Under the pieces are notes generated by a model. The model did no database searches, had not been told where the DNA came from, and saw only the letters and a list, made by a program, of their open reading frames with translations. A DNA stretch of 64,000 nt, from positions 2,080,001 through 2,144,000 of the forward strand of contig OZ220744.1 of NCBI GenBank assembly GCA_965116925.1, written 5' to 3'. Position 1 is the first letter of the stretch, and each line of letters opens with the position of its first letter. The position numbers were made by a program, and so were the translations under genes. The DNA is from Candidatus Poribacteria bacterium. GTDB taxonomy: Bacteria; Poribacteria; WGA-4E; PCPOR2b. Below are positions 19,726 through 28,595 of this stretch, one piece after another.

Positions 19726-20913
19726 ATGAACTTTTCAAATTCGGGGGTATCTTCCTTTACAATTCCGCCGACCGTTATCACCGGTATCGGTGCGGCGGAG
19801 CAGGTCGGCGAGCAAGCGAAACGCTTGGACGGAGAGAAGGCGTTGGTTGTGACTGATCCGGGGATTTCCAAACTCGGTTATGCCGATGGGACTGTAAAAC
19901 AGCTGAACGCCGTGGGGATTGACGCGTCCATTTTTGAGGACGTGACACCGGATCCAACGCTGCAAAACGTCAATGACGGTTTGGAACAGTACTGTAGCGA
20001 TGCTTGCAATCTGATTGTCAGTATTGGCGGCGGCAGCGCGATTGATTGTGGAAAGGGTATCGCTGTAAAATTGACCAACGATGCCCCCCTTGTAGAGTAT
20101 ATGGGTGTGAACAAGATTCCCAATCCGGGGGCCCCGCTTATCGCCATCCCGACGACAGCCGGGACCGGCAGCGAGTGTACAAAAGTTACGGTGCTTACCG
20201 ACACTGAGCGAAACGTGAAGATGATGCTCAGTAGCCCGTGTCTGCTGGCGCAGGTCGCGCTTATCGATCCGCTGTTGTCGTTGACGACACCGCCACATCT
20301 GACAGCAGCAGTTGGGATTGATGCCCTGACACATGCTATCGAAGCTTACATCTCCAAACGTGCTCAACCGATCACCGACGCCCTGTCCCTGAAGGCGGTT
20401 CGTTTAATCTCCGGTTCCATGCGGCAAGCGTGGGCGAGTGGTGAGAATATTGAGGCGCGAACGGATATGATGATTGGGGCTTCCATCGCTGGTATGGCGT
20501 TTAGCAATTCATCTGTGGCGTTGGTGCACGGGATGTCCCGCCCGATCGGGGCATACTTCCATATCCACCACGGCTTATCAAACTCCGTTTTGCTGTTAGA
20601 TGTTATGGAGTTCAGCGTTGTTGGCACCCCTGCTCGCTTCGCCGATATTGCCCGGGCAATGGGTGAACCGACTGAGGGGTTGTCACTGATGGGGCAGGCA
20701 GATCGCGCAGTTGCAGCGGTAGAGCGATTGATTAACGATATTCAAATGCCGCGCCTGGGGGAGATTGGCATTGATCTGAACAAGTTTGAGGCGGTCGTGG
20801 ATCAGATGGCATCGGACGCCATTGAGAGCGGTAGCCCCGCCAATAACCCGCGCCAGCCAACACACGAAGAGATTGTCGCGTTGTATCGGAGATGCTTCGC
20901 AGAACGGAAGTAG
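19726..20913 (+). CDS. Iron-containing alcohol dehydrogenase
   Basis: IGGGSAIDCGK, IPTTAGTGSE, DALTHAIEAY, HGMS...HIHHG; SD AAGGAG before ATG 19726. Confidence 0.94.
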   Translation: MNFSNSGVSSFTIPPTVITGIGAAEQVGEQAKRLDGEKALVVTDPGISKLGYADGTVKQLNAVGIDASIFEDVTPDPTLQNVNDGLEQYCSDACNLIVSIGGGSAIDCGKGIAVKLTNDAPLVEYMGVNKIPNPGAPLIAIPTTAGTGSECTKVTVLTDTERNVKMMLSSPCLLAQVALIDPLLSLTTPPHLTAAVGIDALTHAIEAYISKRAQPITDALSLKAVRLISGSMRQAWASGENIEARTDMMIGASIAGMAFSNSSVALVHGMSRPIGAYFHIHHGLSNSVLLLDVMEFSVVGTPARFADIARAMGEPTEGLSLMGQADRAVAAVERLINDIQMPRLGEIGIDLNKFEAVVDQMASDAIESGSPANNPRQPTHEEIVALYRRCFAERK

Positions 20914-20918
20914 ACGCT

Positions 20919-21677
20919 TCAAATCGATAAGATATATCTTTGTGCCTCGCTCAGACGAGCGTGTGTTTCTGGATGGATAAATTTGCGTTGGTCGGTCAAC
21001 TGCTTGTGATCGCGACGGCAGTAGTAAGCGAGCATCCCGTGGCGTAGGGAGCCGGTTTGATTCAACCCGCCCGCGTGCCAGAGATGTGAATTAAAGACAA
21101 TGACAGTTCCTGCTGCTGCTATCAATTGGATTTCCTCTGGGTGATGTTGTGTTGCGTCCTCCAATGCGTCCTTGGGGTGTTTACCGCTACGATGGGAACC
21201 CGGTACAACCCGCGTTGCGCCGTTCTCCTCCGTAAAATCGTCTAGTAGCCACATGGAGTTACAAACGTAGTAATCGCCCGGCTCTACCCCTGAACGCCAG
21301 TCTGCGTGAAACGCTTGGTGCCCTTGCCCGGGCAGCGCCATCCGGCAATCCAGCGAGGACAACTTGAACCTAGGACCGATAACATGCTCTATGGCAGCAA
21401 GCACGCGCGGGTGTGAAAAGCCTATCTGGAACATTGGACCTTTATTGACAAGATTGCTTACCCGGATTGTTCCGTCCTCCTGATGAAGTTCCTTACCGGC
21501 ATCTTCTCCTTCCAGTTCTGCCAATTTGTCCAACCGACGAATCATGTTCGCAATCTGTTCTGGGGTGAGAATCCTCCCAAGTGGGAGATAGCCGTTTAGA
21601 TCCAAGAAGTCCTTTTCTTTTTCCGATAGTGTGTTGTTCCGGACACCAGATTCTAGTAAGGCTTGATTCATGTTCAT
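20919..21677 (-). CDS. Phytanoyl-CoA dioxygenase (PhyH) family Fe(II)/2OG oxygenase
   Basis: HAD ... ENGATRVVPGSH ... LWHAG facial triad; SD GGAGA before ATG 21677. Confidence 0.9.
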   Translation of the reverse strand: MNMNQALLESGVRNNTLSEKEKDFLDLNGYLPLGRILTPEQIANMIRRLDKLAELEGEDAGKELHQEDGTIRVSNLVNKGPMFQIGFSHPRVLAAIEHVIGPRFKLSSLDCRMALPGQGHQAFHADWRSGVEPGDYYVCNSMWLLDDFTEENGATRVVPGSHRSGKHPKDALEDATQHHPEEIQLIAAAGTVIVFNSHLWHAGGLNQTGSLRHGMLAYYCRRDHKQLTDQRKFIHPETHARLSEAQRYILSI

Positions 21678-21737
21678 TGTCAATCTCTCCTTTTTCAACT
21701 CTCCGCTGTCCCGTTTTCAGGTTTTCTCGTTTTCCCG

Positions 21738-22619
21738 TTATCCTATTTTATCTGAAGGGGTTCTTTTTGCCTCCCACATCTCCCAAGATTCGACCGTCTC
21801 TGGTTGCTGACTGCGTGCGACAAAACCGGGCCACTTTTCAAGCAGCCATTCCAATGGACTACCTGTTGGACTGTAGCGCAGGTCGATACTCCAGCGAATA
21901 TCATCACTAGTATTCTCTAGGGACCGGTGAAAAGTAAGATTGCCGAACACGAGGACATCCCCCACCTTCATGCACACGTTCTGGACCTCTCCCCAACTCT
22001 CAACATCCTCTATAGGAACGAGTCGCCCATTTTCGTCGCGGCGCGGTGGTCGAAGCCCCTGTTTGTGGCTTCCGGGAATTATTTGCAAACAGCCGTTGTG
22101 CTCATCAACATCTACCATGGGGATCCATACCGTCAGGATTTGGCTCTCCTCCGAAAAAGTGACTTGCTGACCGGGATCGGCGTTGCCATTGTAGTAGATG
22201 CTGTCTTGGTGCCACGGAAAGACAGACTCTCCTCCAGTCGGCATCTTGAAGCGAATCCAATAATCTCCATTGACGGTAATCTCCGGACCAATTAGCGAGT
22301 CGACGATATCCAAGATCTTCGGATGGGTCAATAGTCCATAAACCTCGCGACTGAAGACCTCTTTATTCCAATTCCAACTTAAGAGCGGTCCTTTCTGAGA
22401 CTCACGCTGAATCTGTGTGAGTCGATTATAAAAGGACATATTTTCATACAGACTTGAGATTTTGCCTTGGGCGTAGAGCTCTCTGGCGCGATCGTCAATG
22501 GCAGATGAAATGACCCGGCGAAGCGGATCGAAATCCCCTTCATCGAGCACACCACGAACTAGCAAATACCCTTGCTCGTGGAATGCTTGGCGTTGCGCTG
22601 TGGTTGGCAAATTATCCAT
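21738..22619 (-). CDS. PhyH family Fe(II)/2OG oxygenase
   Basis: PWHQDS, NGCLQIIPGSH, TFHRS...R; start moved to ATG 22619. Confidence 0.9.
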   Translation of the reverse strand: MDNLPTTAQRQAFHEQGYLLVRGVLDEGDFDPLRRVISSAIDDRARELYAQGKISSLYENMSFYNRLTQIQRESQKGPLLSWNWNKEVFSREVYGLLTHPKILDIVDSLIGPEITVNGDYWIRFKMPTGGESVFPWHQDSIYYNGNADPGQQVTFSEESQILTVWIPMVDVDEHNGCLQIIPGSHKQGLRPPRRDENGRLVPIEDVESWGEVQNVCMKVGDVLVFGNLTFHRSLENTSDDIRWSIDLRYSPTGSPLEWLLEKWPGFVARSQQPETVESWEMWEAKRTPSDKIG

Positions 22620-22671
22620 AACAAACCCTTCTGCTATGATGAGATTAGGATTTAAGAGTAGAGAATTCCTG

Positions 22672-23520
22672 TTATCCCCAACGCTGCTCCGGCGGGTCAA
22701 ATAAGAAACCGTGGAAGAGCTTACGTTGTTCTGGAGAAAGACGACTGTTGTAGAACCCTTTGGAATAGCCCCAATGCTCTTGGGAGGCGATCATCCACGG
22801 ATGTTCATAGGCATAGTAGAGCATGAACCGATACCCCTCCGTTTGGGTAAATGGTCCCGCTGAGTGCCAGAGGGCGTTGTGGAACAGGATTGCTGTCCCC
22901 GCAGGGGCGCAGATCTGCACCGCGCCGGGAAACAGGTCAGGACGCTGCAAATCATCTTGCGGTGGCTCGTATGTTGCTTTGTGGCTCGCAGGAACGACGC
23001 AGAGATTCCCCTGTCCGGGCGATGTCATATCGTTCAAGTAGTAGCCGATCTTGAGTTGGAGAAAGGGAATCGGTGCCCCAAGCCCACGGTATCCCTGATC
23101 GTGACCGTCAATATGCCACCCCATCCCTCGATGTGTTAGGTCGGTTTCATACTCGACGATAGCGTCGGAAGCGTGATGGTGTGGCATTTCATTGAATAGC
23201 CCCTTGACGTAAGGCATCATCGGTGACCAATCCAGCATCTCAAGGAACAGGGGATCGTCATCTAGGATATAGAAGATGCGGGTGCTTTTCTCGCCCTTAA
23301 TATCCGTCTTACCGGTATGGGGAATTTCTTTTTCCTGTTTTTCACGTCGCTGGGCTATCACGCGAAACAACGCCTCTCGGAGTTCGTTAACATGGCTTTC
23401 CGCCAAGAAGTTTTCCAGTACCAGATAGCCGTTATTGTCGAAAAAGAAACGCTCCGATTGTGTTGGCCCTGCTTCGTGTGCTGAGCACGATACCTGTGTT
23501 ACATTGTTTTCTGACATCAT
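22672..23520 (-). CDS. PhyH family Fe(II)/2OG oxygenase
   Basis: GWHIDG, GNLCVVPASH, LWHSA...R; SD GGAGAGG. Confidence 0.9.
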   Translation of the reverse strand: MMSENNVTQVSCSAHEAGPTQSERFFFDNNGYLVLENFLAESHVNELREALFRVIAQRREKQEKEIPHTGKTDIKGEKSTRIFYILDDDPLFLEMLDWSPMMPYVKGLFNEMPHHHASDAIVEYETDLTHRGMGWHIDGHDQGYRGLGAPIPFLQLKIGYYLNDMTSPGQGNLCVVPASHKATYEPPQDDLQRPDLFPGAVQICAPAGTAILFHNALWHSAGPFTQTEGYRFMLYYAYEHPWMIASQEHWGYSKGFYNSRLSPEQRKLFHGFLFDPPEQRWG

Positions 23521-23546
23521 ATAGGAACCTCTCCAATCTTAGTTAT

Positions 23547-23860
23547 GTCAACTACCCCGCCCTGAAGGACGGGGTAGTTGATACCGTCCAACGGGACTTA
23601 CGCTTGGGCAATTATCTTACCCGTGACGCTACCTTGGTGCTTTGAAAAGCCCTAAGAGATAGCGCGGTTATGCGGCTCTGGCTCGTAACTTTACACACCC
23701 GCCACCGCACGGTCACAGCAACCGTTTAGAAGGATTGACCATGTAGCGGTGCTATCATGGTTTCACCTTCCGGGTGACACCTCAGACAAACCACACCTTT
23801 CACATTGAAGTGAGAAGGCAGCGAAAAACGAGCGTTTTTCCTAAGTCGTCGAGTTACGGC
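23547..23860 (-). ncRNA. Candidate large structured RNA (TnpB reRNA/omegaRNA-like) inside the IS200/IS605 element
   Basis: Extended -10 TGaTAGAAT at 23873-65. Long-range stem 23860-52/23690-81 and hairpins at 23823-40, 23796-818, 23763-77, 23738-61, 23627-64, 23606-22 and 23548-81. Several mismatches become G-U pairs only on the minus strand. Confidence 0.6.
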
Positions 23861-23974
23861 ATATATTCTATCATACATTTACCTGAAAAGGGTAGGGCAG
23901 ATTACAAAAACAACAAAAAGGGGGCGCAGTTCCCTCATCGCCCTAACGGGTGAGGCTTCCACTGCGAAGATTTG
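23547..23974 (-). mobile_element. Non-autonomous IS200/IS605-family element (PATE-like), no tnpA/tnpB/iscB ORF
   Basis: Minus strand: target TTCAC (23979-75), then left end CAAATCTTCGCAGTG-GAAG-CCTCACCCGTTAGGGCGATGAGG-GAACTGCG, where GAAG is the guide expected for TCAC under IS608-type pairing rules. Right end CCCCGTCCTTCAGGGCGGGGTAGTTGAC. No TIRs or TSD. Confidence 0.8.
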
Positions 23975-23993
23975 GTGAATTTTGACGTACTCT

Positions 23994-24326
23994 CTAGGAG
24001 GTATTGGCAGTCACGCGGATGACTTGTCCGGGTTGAACTTCTCTTAGAACTTCGTTCACTCTCAACATAGCAGGTTGGATGTCCTCAGTACGATTGCTTC
24101 TCGCAGAAATTAAAATAACACCAATATTGTATTTGCTGAGGTCCTATTGATGTTCGATGCTTCCATCCATTGTCACCAGCACATCAAACGCTGCCTCGGC
24201 TTGCTGGAGTAGTTCGCTATTTCGCTGTCCTTTCCAACCTTGCCGGGAAACAGTCGTCACTTGAAAATCAGCATCAAAATACCGTACTAATCGCCAGTCT
24301 AAGTTTTCGTCAAGTAGTACGCGCAT
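23994..24326 (-). pseudogene. DUF5615 PIN-like toxin (VapC45-like) interrupted by in-frame TAG
   Basis: MRVLLDENL...LVTMDGSIEHQ*DLSKYNIGVILISARSNRTEDI...; TAG at 24146-44 sits where homologues typically have Gln (EHQQNL). The frame continues to TAG at 23996-94. Confidence 0.8.
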
Positions 24327-24597
24327 ATTGCTTTGAGTCCCGGTCTGACCAAGGGTGAGATCCTATTGTTGCTATCAATGCTATTTCTAAAAAGGCGATT
24401 GCCTGTTCACGAGAAACAGAAGGGAAACCTTCAAGGAAGTAGTCAAGACTATCTCCTGCTTTTAAATGGTCAATCAGAGACTTTACAGGGACACGGGTGC
24501 CAGTGAACACCGGCGTTCCCCCGTGAATGTCGGGGTCTTGGTTTATCACTTGCTCTGGCTTCATCATTCTTTTCGCGGCGGAGACTCTCACAGCCAC
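24310..24597 (-). CDS. DUF433 antitoxin (VapB45-like)
   Basis: DPDIHGGTPVFTGTRVPV...GDSLDYFLEGFPSVSREQA; overlaps the PIN gene start. Confidence 0.9.
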   Translation of the reverse strand: MAVRVSAAKRMMKPEQVINQDPDIHGGTPVFTGTRVPVKSLIDHLKAGDSLDYFLEGFPSVSREQAIAFLEIALIATIGSHPWSDRDSKQYARTT

Positions 24598-24650
24598 GCC
24601 CTTTCTTTTTTATTATGTTGGTGTCTTCTCTGAATAACGGGATTGCTCAC

Positions 24651-25472
24651 TCAAATCAGCAACTGCACACGCGAGCGATTTTCCGGTGAAAGCACGGCGT
24701 GAATCCGCTTCCGAATCATTTCAGGAGAGTAACGCCGCGAAAAATGGGTTAAGATAATGTGTTCGCTCTCAAACATCTCTAGCAATTCGGGCAACGTATC
24801 TAGGTGCAGGTGCATCGTTGTTGCTGCCCGTTCTTGATGTTCAGGCAAGAGGAAAGTGCACTCGCAAATCAACACTTGACACCCCTTGAGTAACGGGTGA
24901 GAGTCAATAGGGACGGTACGGGTGTCTCCTAGATAAGCAATAAGCGGCAATTCTACTCGGTTTGTTACTGTTACACCGTTGCGTCGCAGCCGAGCAATCT
25001 CAGGTCCCGGCAAACCGAAGTACTCGGATTTGAGCTTGTCACGTGTCTCACAAACAAGGTAACCTACCGATGGCACACGGTGATCGAGCGGTAAAACATG
25101 CGCCACAAGGTTCTCACGAAACGGAATCTTGTCTCCGGCCTGCACCGGTGTCAAGCAGTAGTCCCACACTTTTCCGCAATCCAACAGCGAAATCCGTTCG
25201 ATGAGGTCTCGTAGCTGATTAGCCCCTTCTTGGGGGACGTAGATGTTCCCTGGCGGTATACCGTTAAGCCATCGCTGGCTGACATAAATTGGGATTCCAA
25301 AATAGTGATCCAAATGAAAGTGGGAGATGAACACGTGGCCGGTGCCGATAAAACTCATCGGGCATCTGCCGAGGTCAAAGATGAGATCAAGCTCTTTGAC
25401 CCGTAGATAGGTCGCTACGGCGGAGCTTGATTCACCTTCAATCGCTAGATTTCCACAGCGTAATGACACCAT
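24651..25472 (-). CDS. Metallo-beta-lactamase fold hydrolase, RNase Z-like
   Basis: SHFHLDH, LDHRVPSVGY, YLGDT, ECTF, HFSRRY; ATG 25472 after GAGGGG. Confidence 0.85.
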   Translation of the reverse strand: MVSLRCGNLAIEGESSSAVATYLRVKELDLIFDLGRCPMSFIGTGHVFISHFHLDHYFGIPIYVSQRWLNGIPPGNIYVPQEGANQLRDLIERISLLDCGKVWDYCLTPVQAGDKIPFRENLVAHVLPLDHRVPSVGYLVCETRDKLKSEYFGLPGPEIARLRRNGVTVTNRVELPLIAYLGDTRTVPIDSHPLLKGCQVLICECTFLLPEHQERAATTMHLHLDTLPELLEMFESEHIILTHFSRRYSPEMIRKRIHAVLSPENRSRVQLLI

Positions 25473-25488
25473 ATAATCCAAGCCCCTC

Positions 25489-26442
25489 TTATACCAATGC
25501 GCCGGTACAGGATGACCCGCTCCCCGCTGTACAACCGAAACAGTAATTTCCAGTGACGATTCTCCGACGCGCAAACACGTCCGGATCGAAATCTTTTATA
25601 TGTTGCGGCAGGCCTTTTGCCACTGGCAATTTGAGTGCTAAGTTGAAATCACAGTCGTACATGCTCCCATCCCACCCGATGTTAATCTGGTGGCGACACA
25701 TCAATCCATCCAGTGTTGCTGAATTAAAGGAATCTCGGAGGAGTTGATTATACGCCTCAAGCCCATTTTCCCGCTTCAGGTCGCTACGAAATCGACCGAT
25801 AGGCATATTGGCGATTGTCAGTAGATAGGTAAATTCTATGCCGTATTTTGATCGTAGTTCTTCTTTGTAGTCTACTTCAAGTTCAGCTTGTTCAGGAGGC
25901 AGTATGGGGCCGACAGGGTTGTATACAAGGTTCAGAGGAAGGTGGGGCACGATGCCATATCCATAGCTGTTGAGGTGCTTTAATGCCTTGATACTATCCT
26001 CAAAAACACCTGTGCCGCGCTGCATATCAACATTCTCTTCGAGGTAACAGGGAAGAGACGCACAGAGTTGGACCGACTGCTCTTGGAAGAAAGCAGGGAA
26101 GGATTCAAAGCCCGGCTGAAGTAAAATCGTAAGATTGGTTCTCACCATGACAGGGAACCCTTTTTCACGTACTGTTTTCACAAACCGACGAAACTGTGGG
26201 TGCATTTCTGGAGCGCCGCCTGTAATATCTATTAACTTGGCGTTTGTCTTTTCTGCTGCGGCTATCACATGCTCCATCGTTTCCCAATCCATCATCTCTT
26301 TCCGGCGTGGCGAGGATACTACATGGCAATGAGCGCACTCCAGATTACATTTCAACCCGATGTTCACTTGGATTGTCTCAATGTCTAGGCTGTGTAGCCC
26401 TTTTCCATTGTAATTTGCGATCGCCTTTTCAAACCCATTCAT
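25489..26442 (-). CDS. arsS: Radical SAM protein of the ArsS/DUF3641 family (Cys-type C-terminus)
   Basis: CNLECAHCH, DITGGAPE, ASLPCY, LMCRHQ, YDCDFN and C-terminal CFGCTAGSGSSCTGAL. Confidence 0.85.
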   Translation of the reverse strand: MNGFEKAIANYNGKGLHSLDIETIQVNIGLKCNLECAHCHVVSSPRRKEMMDWETMEHVIAAAEKTNAKLIDITGGAPEMHPQFRRFVKTVREKGFPVMVRTNLTILLQPGFESFPAFFQEQSVQLCASLPCYLEENVDMQRGTGVFEDSIKALKHLNSYGYGIVPHLPLNLVYNPVGPILPPEQAELEVDYKEELRSKYGIEFTYLLTIANMPIGRFRSDLKRENGLEAYNQLLRDSFNSATLDGLMCRHQINIGWDGSMYDCDFNLALKLPVAKGLPQHIKDFDPDVFARRRIVTGNYCFGCTAGSGSSCTGALV

Positions 26443-26632
26443 GATCTGGATCTCCTTCTTTACTGAAAATCGTTTGAAAACCGTGTGCCGATCTGATAAA
26501 ATAGCAAGGCACTTTTTGCTTGATCGAGGAATACCTCCGGGCTTGTCAACGATAGGAAGTATAATGTCTTAAATGGAATAGGCAATGTGATAGTTTACTC
26601 TTTCCCAATTCATTAAATAGAATGGAGAACTC

Positions 26633-27496
26633 ATGAGTGTTAAAATTGGCGTGATTGGCGGTTCAGGATTTTATCAGATGGAAGGGCTAACGGACGTTGA
26701 AGAAATAGAGGTTGAGACTCCCTTTGGAAAACCGAGTGATTCGTTAGTTTTAGGTACAATCGAAGGAACACGTATTGTATTTCTACCACGCCACGGCGTG
26801 GGGCATCGGCTGCTGCCGTCAGAGATAAATGTTCGTGCTAATGTCTACGCTTTAAAAAGCTTAGGGGTTGAATGGATTATCTCTGTAAGCGCAGTCGGTA
26901 GCCTCAGAACCGAGATCGAGCCACGTCACTTTATTGTTCCAGACCAACTCTATGACCACACCAAGAATCGTGTGAGTACCTTTTTTGGTGAAGGACTTTC
27001 CGCCCATGTTAGTCTCGCCCATCCGTTTTGTCCTATCTTGAGTCAACTGCTACACGACGGTGCCGGCAATGTCGGTGCAACGGTTCATAAAGGCGGTACA
27101 TATATCTGTATGGAGGGGCCCGCTTTCTCTACAGAAGCCGAGTCGAATGTGTATAGACACCTCGGATTCGATGTCATCGGTATGACGGCTGCGCCAGAGG
27201 CGAAGCTTACCCGCGAGGCAGAAATTTGTTACGGTGTCCTCGCCTGTTCAACCGATTACGACTGTTGGCATCCGGATCATGACGCCGTCACAGCAGAGCT
27301 GATTTTCGAGAATTTGTCTGCAAATGTAGAAACCGCCAAACGCATTGTCAGAGATGTCATCTCTAAAATTCCTGAGAAACGGACTGGCTGTCCTTGCCCC
27401 CAAGCGCTTGAAAAGTCTATTGCCACAGATCCAATGCGAACACCCGCCTCAACGAAGCAAAAGCTCGATTTGCTAGTGGGCAAGTATCTAAATTGA
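26633..27496 (+). CDS. mtnP: S-methyl-5'-thioadenosine phosphorylase
   Basis: IGVIGGSG, FLPRHG, SAVGSL, MEGPAFSTEAES, GMT, TDYDCWH. Confidence 0.93.
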   Translation: MSVKIGVIGGSGFYQMEGLTDVEEIEVETPFGKPSDSLVLGTIEGTRIVFLPRHGVGHRLLPSEINVRANVYALKSLGVEWIISVSAVGSLRTEIEPRHFIVPDQLYDHTKNRVSTFFGEGLSAHVSLAHPFCPILSQLLHDGAGNVGATVHKGGTYICMEGPAFSTEAESNVYRHLGFDVIGMTAAPEAKLTREAEICYGVLACSTDYDCWHPDHDAVTAELIFENLSANVETAKRIVRDVISKIPEKRTGCPCPQALEKSIATDPMRTPASTKQKLDLLVGKYLN

Positions 27497-27507
27497 CCTC
27501 GCAAAAA

Positions 27508-28515
27508 CTATTGTGTATCAAGCGTTGCGAGTAGGTCCGCTGCCCTCTCCCGTTTCGCCGGATCTGTGTCACGGGCAACGATCCGCTGAAGCACCGAGAT
27601 CGAGTCTTTGTCGCCTTTTTCTGCCATTTCGATTCCCATCTGGTCCCGTTTTTCGTGGTAGCTATTGTCGTATTCCTTGACTTCCATATTCCATTTCTGC
27701 CAGTAGTATTGCAGATTATTGGGGGGCCAGTCTGCGTAAATCTCGTCCCAAGTAGCCGGCTGGGCGTGTGGTAGCAAGCTACCCGGTGCAATCGGGTCAC
27801 TGATTTTCTGGTATCTGGCGTCGATCGACATACGCAGTCGGTCACTGGAGTTGGACACGCCTTTGTGCACCGCCATGCTATGAAATATTAGCACATCTCC
27901 CTGCTCAAACGGATTGTTTACCCAAGTCCCTTCAAGTGGGTTGGTGACTGCAATGCCGCCGGCACCCATTGCGGGCTGAAATTCGTAAATGCCGTGCCGA
28001 TGTGAGCCGGACGCAATCTGGAGTCCACCTAGTTCCGGCGGTATGTCGGTTAATGGTATCCATGCGGTGTAGGTGTCAGCGGTGCCTTGGATAGGGATAA
28101 AGTCTTGATGCGGCGGGGTGGTAAACACCTCTCGTTGCGGAAAAATTGTCCGCCCGATGATGCGTGCGTGGGGCATCACTGGCTCGCCCAATATTCCCTC
28201 CATTACCCCAATCAGGTTTGGGTGATGCTGGAGTACCTGAAACTCTTGGAGTTTGTACATGTGGAGATACACCCCCATGTAGTCGGGCTGTGGTTCCACG
28301 CAGAAACCGTCCAGATCTGCGATGGCGTCTTTCAGCGGGGCGCCCTTCTTAACCCAACCTGCGTCACGCGCGATCTCAAGACACTGAAGCCGTAGACTTT
28401 CCAACACGTCGGCAGGCAGCAGCCCACGAATGAACAGATATCCATCTCGCTCTGCACGTGCTCGCAGTTCAAGCTTATCATTTACAACATCCGTCGAATC
28501 GAGAAAAGGTTGCAT
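27508..28515 (-). CDS. PhyH family Fe(II)/2OG oxygenase
   Basis: TPPHQD, GGLQIASGSH, AVHKG...RMSIDARYQ. Confidence 0.9.
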   Translation of the reverse strand: MQPFLDSTDVVNDKLELRARAERDGYLFIRGLLPADVLESLRLQCLEIARDAGWVKKGAPLKDAIADLDGFCVEPQPDYMGVYLHMYKLQEFQVLQHHPNLIGVMEGILGEPVMPHARIIGRTIFPQREVFTTPPHQDFIPIQGTADTYTAWIPLTDIPPELGGLQIASGSHRHGIYEFQPAMGAGGIAVTNPLEGTWVNNPFEQGDVLIFHSMAVHKGVSNSSDRLRMSIDARYQKISDPIAPGSLLPHAQPATWDEIYADWPPNNLQYYWQKWNMEVKEYDNSYHEKRDQMGIEMAEKGDKDSISVLQRIVARDTDPAKRERAADLLATLDTQ

Positions 28516-28595
28516 CTGGTTCCCTCCTTAAAAATTCCATATAAAAGAGATTATCATGAAACCTGAAGAGTGTCAACTTCCTTTTTCAGAATGGA

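Noticed and set aside
23547..23974. IStron (group I intron-IS) or IscB/HEARO in plus orientation
   Set aside because: No recognisable group I core or terminal G. The promoter and G-U pairing favour the minus (TnpB-like) orientation. An IscB-type RNA is not fully excluded without covariance models.
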